Origin: Candidatus Latescibacterota bacterium | GTDB taxonomy: Bacteria > Latescibacterota > UBA2968 | Assembly (NCBI GenBank): GCA_965205975.1 | Contig: OZ242195.1 | Location: 5,280,001 to 5,344,000 of the forward strand | Reading direction: 5' to 3' | Length of the DNA: 64,000 bases | In this document: piece by piece, positions 60,377 to 64,000 of the stretch | Position numbering within the stretch: position 1 is the stretch's first letter | Layout: each line of letters begins with the position of its first letter | Notes under the pieces: model-generated | The model's database searches: none | Told to the model about the DNA's origin: nothing | The model's input: only the letters and a program-made list of their open reading frames with translations | Program-made: the position numbers and the translations under genes

Positions 60377-61830
60377 CTCTGAACGCTTGCCTTTCGCGAT
60401 CGTCGCTTTAATTCCCGTTTAATAGCTTCTTCTTCGGTTTGCCATTCTTCAGCGAGGACTGCTTCGAGCTTTTTGGAGATGTTTGAACGATAGGCCATTC
60501 TATTCATGGATAGCTCGACATCCAGTAGCTTCATGACAAGTTTGGGGGGGATATTTCGTACCTCACAAATTTTTTCTAATATTGAACGATCCTGAGGGGT
60601 AAAACTCCCGGTGTCATCTTCGACCCAGATCAGGTCATCGCCCATAACCTCCCGGTAGATTTTGGGTACACTGTCTTCCCAATCCTGTTCTTCCATCCGC
60701 CAGATTCGTCTAATTTCATTTAATTCTTCGGGATGAATGAGTGTGGCATTCGGGTCGGGTCCATTCTCACGCACTGATTGTTGTGCTTGTAAAACCATGC
60801 GTAAAATTTCTTGCCTAACTTTCAAAAAATAAGGACCGGGAACGACCTTTTGTTCGTTGCTACGATCCAGCATAATACGTCCATTGCGACGTTTGTAGTC
60901 TCTGAAGTCTCGTTTCTTTTCCGGGTCTTGAGTTGCTGCCAACCAATCGCGCAATTCCAGCAGTGGCTCCATCCAGTATTCGCCATTATCAATCATTGAC
61001 TCCATTGCCTTGTCTTGGGTTACGACTGTACAGACCCAACAGCCAAAGCGACTGTTTCCACAAGAAGGCGTTGTGGTGTCAATAACAAGGGGACATTCGC
61101 CGGCCTGGGAGTTCTTGTAGAGTGCAACGAGGTCTCGGTTGTTATTGCCCCAGGGAGATTTCCACTGGAGCAAATAGGTCCAGACATCGTTGGTGGTGAA
61201 GTTTTCGATTGGCGTGTACACGTAAGCACGCGGCAGTGTTGAATGCCGTTTAAGCAGATTGCCCGTGATTTTGTGCAAGTTCATAACCTGAGCACGGGTT
61301 GCACTTTCGTCACTGCGTACTCCGAGTACCATAATGACTTCGCCGTATTCTGCCACACGCTCTAAAATGAATCGATTGGCGGGATCAATTTTCATTCGCT
61401 CTGTACACCAGCGAAATGTTGTTGTAGGTGCGGGATAGCCGCGGCCAATGAGGTTCGTCCAAAAGCTATCTTCCATAAGCGGCATAACTTTTTCGGCCTG
61501 AAAAGGCATGTCTTGGATTTTGGCTACTTCGTTAATTCGATTCAGTGTGTTGTCGATGTAATCCACGATAACAGGTGTTTCGACCAGTGTGTCGGATGAG
61601 ATTACAAAGATCATTTTTCCCCGTTTTTCACGCGGGAGTTCAGATATGGCATACCATATCGCTTGCAAGGCCGTGGTGGAGTCCTTGCCGCCGCTGTATC
61701 CGATAATCCATGGACGATCATCGGATAGATAGAGGTCTCTGATTTCTTCGTAGAGGGCTTTTAGACCTTCGCCGCTTAGATTTGAGACACCATTTAAATT
61801 CTGTTTTCTTATCTCTACCATGGCATTCAT
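60373..61830 (-). CDS. dndC: DNA phosphorothioation sulfurtransferase DndC
   Basis: PWIIGYSGGKDS, GYPAP, RWCTERMKI, ECPLV, SCGNSRFGCWVC. Confidence 0.96.
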   Translation of the reverse strand: MNAMVEIRKQNLNGVSNLSGEGLKALYEEIRDLYLSDDRPWIIGYSGGKDSTTALQAIWYAISELPREKRGKMIFVISSDTLVETPVIVDYIDNTLNRINEVAKIQDMPFQAEKVMPLMEDSFWTNLIGRGYPAPTTTFRWCTERMKIDPANRFILERVAEYGEVIMVLGVRSDESATRAQVMNLHKITGNLLKRHSTLPRAYVYTPIENFTTNDVWTYLLQWKSPWGNNNRDLVALYKNSQAGECPLVIDTTTPSCGNSRFGCWVCTVVTQDKAMESMIDNGEYWMEPLLELRDWLAATQDPEKKRDFRDYKRRNGRIMLDRSNEQKVVPGPYFLKVRQEILRMVLQAQQSVRENGPDPNATLIHPEELNEIRRIWRMEEQDWEDSVPKIYREVMGDDLIWVEDDTGSFTPQDRSILEKICEVRNIPPKLVMKLLDVELSMNRMAYRSNISKKLEAVLAEEWQTEEEAIKRELKRRSRKASVQR

Positions 61831-62942
61831 TTCCTATTCCGCTTTGGTTTTTCAAAGTTGGCTTCCAGAATAGCTTCCTCTTCGTTTAGGGTAAGGCCAA
61901 GACGTTTTTTTAAGACATTGGTTGTCAGCCTGATATTATCCTGAGACCGGCGAATTTTGCCCAATTCCATTGCTCGTCCTTCCCATAATGCTTCATTACG
62001 GCGGGACCAATTGATTTTGCTGAGTCGTTTTAATCGCGTTTGCCAATCATTCGGATAGTGTTTGAGTAAGTCAGCACCCGCAATGCCCATGGCCTTGAGC
62101 GCGACGCCGTGAACGTGAAGACAATTCTCTCTGACATCGACAGCAACAACATCCCCATCCGCTATCTGTTGCCATTCGGGAATGTGTGTGGTCATTTCTG
62201 TCCAGAACTCATAAGCACGGGCTTCGTCTTCTTCAAAAACGGGATCTTTTTTATTTTTATCCAGGAGCATTTGAGTGGCCTGATAGATATTGCTCAGGGT
62301 GAAAATTTTGGTAGATCGATTTGAAATTGTTGTCTTTTCGAGTTCGGTGTATGCATTGAATACTGGTACTCTTTGGATCAGATTTCGTACCATCCCGGCC
62401 ATTGGATCGCGTTGGTCGTAGAGTATTCCGAGAGACCGCGTGGGACGCACGGCGTGTTTGTTCAAATCGGCAAACATCTGCTGACTGCGCTTTAAACCAG
62501 CGTCGATAAACAACACGACTGCTATAGTTTCGTCTGCCAATTCGGGACATTCTTCCAATGCCAATTGAAGCGCCGCCCGCCGATGTTGACCATCGTTCAC
62601 AATAAATCTGGCCTCCATTGGAACCACGAGCGTACCAATATTGCGATTACCACCTCGTTCTGCAACTGGTATAAATTCGATATCCCCATCAACAGAGGCC
62701 GTGATTGCAGAGAAACAATAATTATCGTTGTTTTCGATGATATATCGCGCAATTTCCGGCACTCGTGATTGATTCAAAACGCGCTGGGCACGCATCTCCG
62801 CTGGCACTTCGCCCTTTTCATCAAAACAAAAAAGCCTCGTGATGAACCTGATAGGACACATAACGAGGTAATATTCGCGTTTTGCTTGAATGCCACGAAT
62901 CGCAGGAAAAGAGACTGTAAAGTCCAAATCTGCTAAGTTCAT
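61827..62942 (-). CDS. dndB: DNA sulfur modification protein DndB
   Basis: FPAIRGIQA, RAQR.LN..RVPEIARY, DGQHRRAA, QQMFADLN; likely ATG 62942. Confidence 0.92.
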   Translation of the reverse strand: MNLADLDFTVSFPAIRGIQAKREYYLVMCPIRFITRLFCFDEKGEVPAEMRAQRVLNQSRVPEIARYIIENNDNYCFSAITASVDGDIEFIPVAERGGNRNIGTLVVPMEARFIVNDGQHRRAALQLALEECPELADETIAVVLFIDAGLKRSQQMFADLNKHAVRPTRSLGILYDQRDPMAGMVRNLIQRVPVFNAYTELEKTTISNRSTKIFTLSNIYQATQMLLDKNKKDPVFEEDEARAYEFWTEMTTHIPEWQQIADGDVVAVDVRENCLHVHGVALKAMGIAGADLLKHYPNDWQTRLKRLSKINWSRRNEALWEGRAMELGKIRRSQDNIRLTTNVLKKRLGLTLNEEEAILEANFEKPKRNRK

Positions 62943-62956
62943 GATTTTCAGAGCCT

Positions 62957-62993
62957 TTTGGAAGTTTGTTTTTCTTGTTTGGAAGTTTGTTTT
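62957..62993 (-). repeat. 16-bp direct repeat AAAACAAACTTCCAAA x2 (operator candidate)
   Basis: Exact copies at 62957-62972 and 62978-62993; 21-bp period. Confidence 0.8.
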
Positions 62994-63006
62994 ATTATTC
63001 AAAAGG

Positions 63007-63035
63007 AGTTTAAACACTATCTCTATAAAAGTCAA
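63007..63035 (-). promoter_or_regulatory. Sigma70-type promoter for dndBCDE
   Basis: Minus strand TTGACT-17 bp-TAAACT. Confidence 0.65.
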
Positions 63036-63053
63036 CAAAATAGATCGCGAAAT

Positions 63054-64000
63054 TTATCCTATCTCGGCTTCACGCAATTCCATAAATTCGTGATAGTCTT
63101 GAGATTGCTTTTCGGTCAAAAATTTATCACGTCCTATCATCGTCAAAAGATGAGATTTTGCTATACTTCTGTTTTTTGCTCTGGATATCATTGCTTGCTC
63201 AATGGGATTCCAGAGAATATAATGCCATTTCAGGGAATGAAGCCAGAGGTCAACTTGTGATAACTCTTTAATAGCCTCATCAAGCCCCAAACTGTAATTC
63301 TTAATTAAATAGGCAGTTGATTCCGTAAATGCGCGTTGACCGACTGGCCGAAACAAAAGATGATTATTGTTTGGTTGTCTAAAAGTTGAGGCAGGTGTTT
63401 TGTTAGATAGAAAGACTTCTTGATATTCAGGTATTATTTTTTGTAACGAATCCCAATATGAACAGCAAAACTTATAAACTGAATTTAATAATTCATCATC
63501 CGGTCTATTATTTGTAAATCCTCTTGTACCATCTACACAACCCACCAAAGTTTTAACTATATCATAAAGTGTTATCACGCTTGTAATTGAGTCTAAATCA
63601 GAGTCACTGATATTTGCCGTGGGAGTAAACGCTATTAGTTGTCCCTTTTGAAATAAAGTAAAATCATCAATCATACGTCGTGTGACAATTGCAGCACCAT
63701 TATCCTCGTCCAAAGCAATGATATCAGTACGAGAAACTCTTTTAGCTGTTTTGTTTAGTGTTGTGAAGAGTCTCCTTGTGCGTTCCCTGCCTGTTTGGTC
63801 CGTTTTATGTCCTACCAGTATAACCGTAATTTCATCATCATTCAGTAGATGCTTATTTTGCTTCAGAGCTAATTTTACGCCAGCTACTCGGTGTTGCCCA
63901 TCAATTGCAAAGAGTTTCTCTTCACCAGAAAAGTGTAGAACTCCTACTGAACGTGACAAATTATCAAGTTGGTCATCAGTAACTTCAAAGGGGGACAACT
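63054..64000 (-). CDS. DGQHR-domain (DndB-like) protein, 5' end outside the window
   Basis: LFAIDGQHRVAG, RTRRLFTTLNKTAK, IALDED, LLFRPVGQ; very AT-rich. Confidence 0.85.
   Translation of the reverse strand, partial: LSPFEVTDDQLDNLSRSVGVLHFSGEEKLFAIDGQHRVAGVKLALKQNKHLLNDDEITVILVGHKTDQTGRERTRRLFTTLNKTAKRVSRTDIIALDEDNGAAIVTRRMIDDFTLFQKGQLIAFTPTANISDSDLDSITSVITLYDIVKTLVGCVDGTRGFTNNRPDDELLNSVYKFCCSYWDSLQKIIPEYQEVFLSNKTPASTFRQPNNNHLLFRPVGQRAFTESTAYLIKNYSLGLDEAIKELSQVDLWLHSLKWHYILWNPIEQAMISRAKNRSIAKSHLLTMIGRDKFLTEKQSQDYHEFMELREAEIG

Overview
Bacterial chromosomal window, roughly 52% GC by eye. The gene content (five Cys-type sulfatases, two enolase-superfamily enzymes, PhyH, NHL and TPR proteins, an FCB-type ExbB/ExbD/ExbD/TonB unit, a PorV-like protein) suggests a diderm of the Latescibacterota/Gemmatimonadota type; this is an inference. 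Housekeeping genes: guaB, nth, comM, ffh-rpsP-rimM-trmD-rplS, tRNA-Val(TAC), rpe, hrpA. There are two accessory defence loci: a ~4.6-kb islet between tRNA-Val and a copy of its 3' end, carrying an IetAS-like AAA ATPase plus S8 peptidase, and a low-GC DNA phosphorothioation cluster (DGQHR protein-dndB-dndC-dndD-dndE) at the right edge. The most interesting non-coding signals: a promoter-structured RNA-terminator leader upstream of guaB (candidate riboswitch/attenuator), a 16-bp direct repeat just downstream of the dndB promoter, an inverted-repeat-bounded two-gene cassette, and a family of composite short-tandem-repeat elements at gene 3' ends. All calls are from visual reading and motif recognition; no searches were run.
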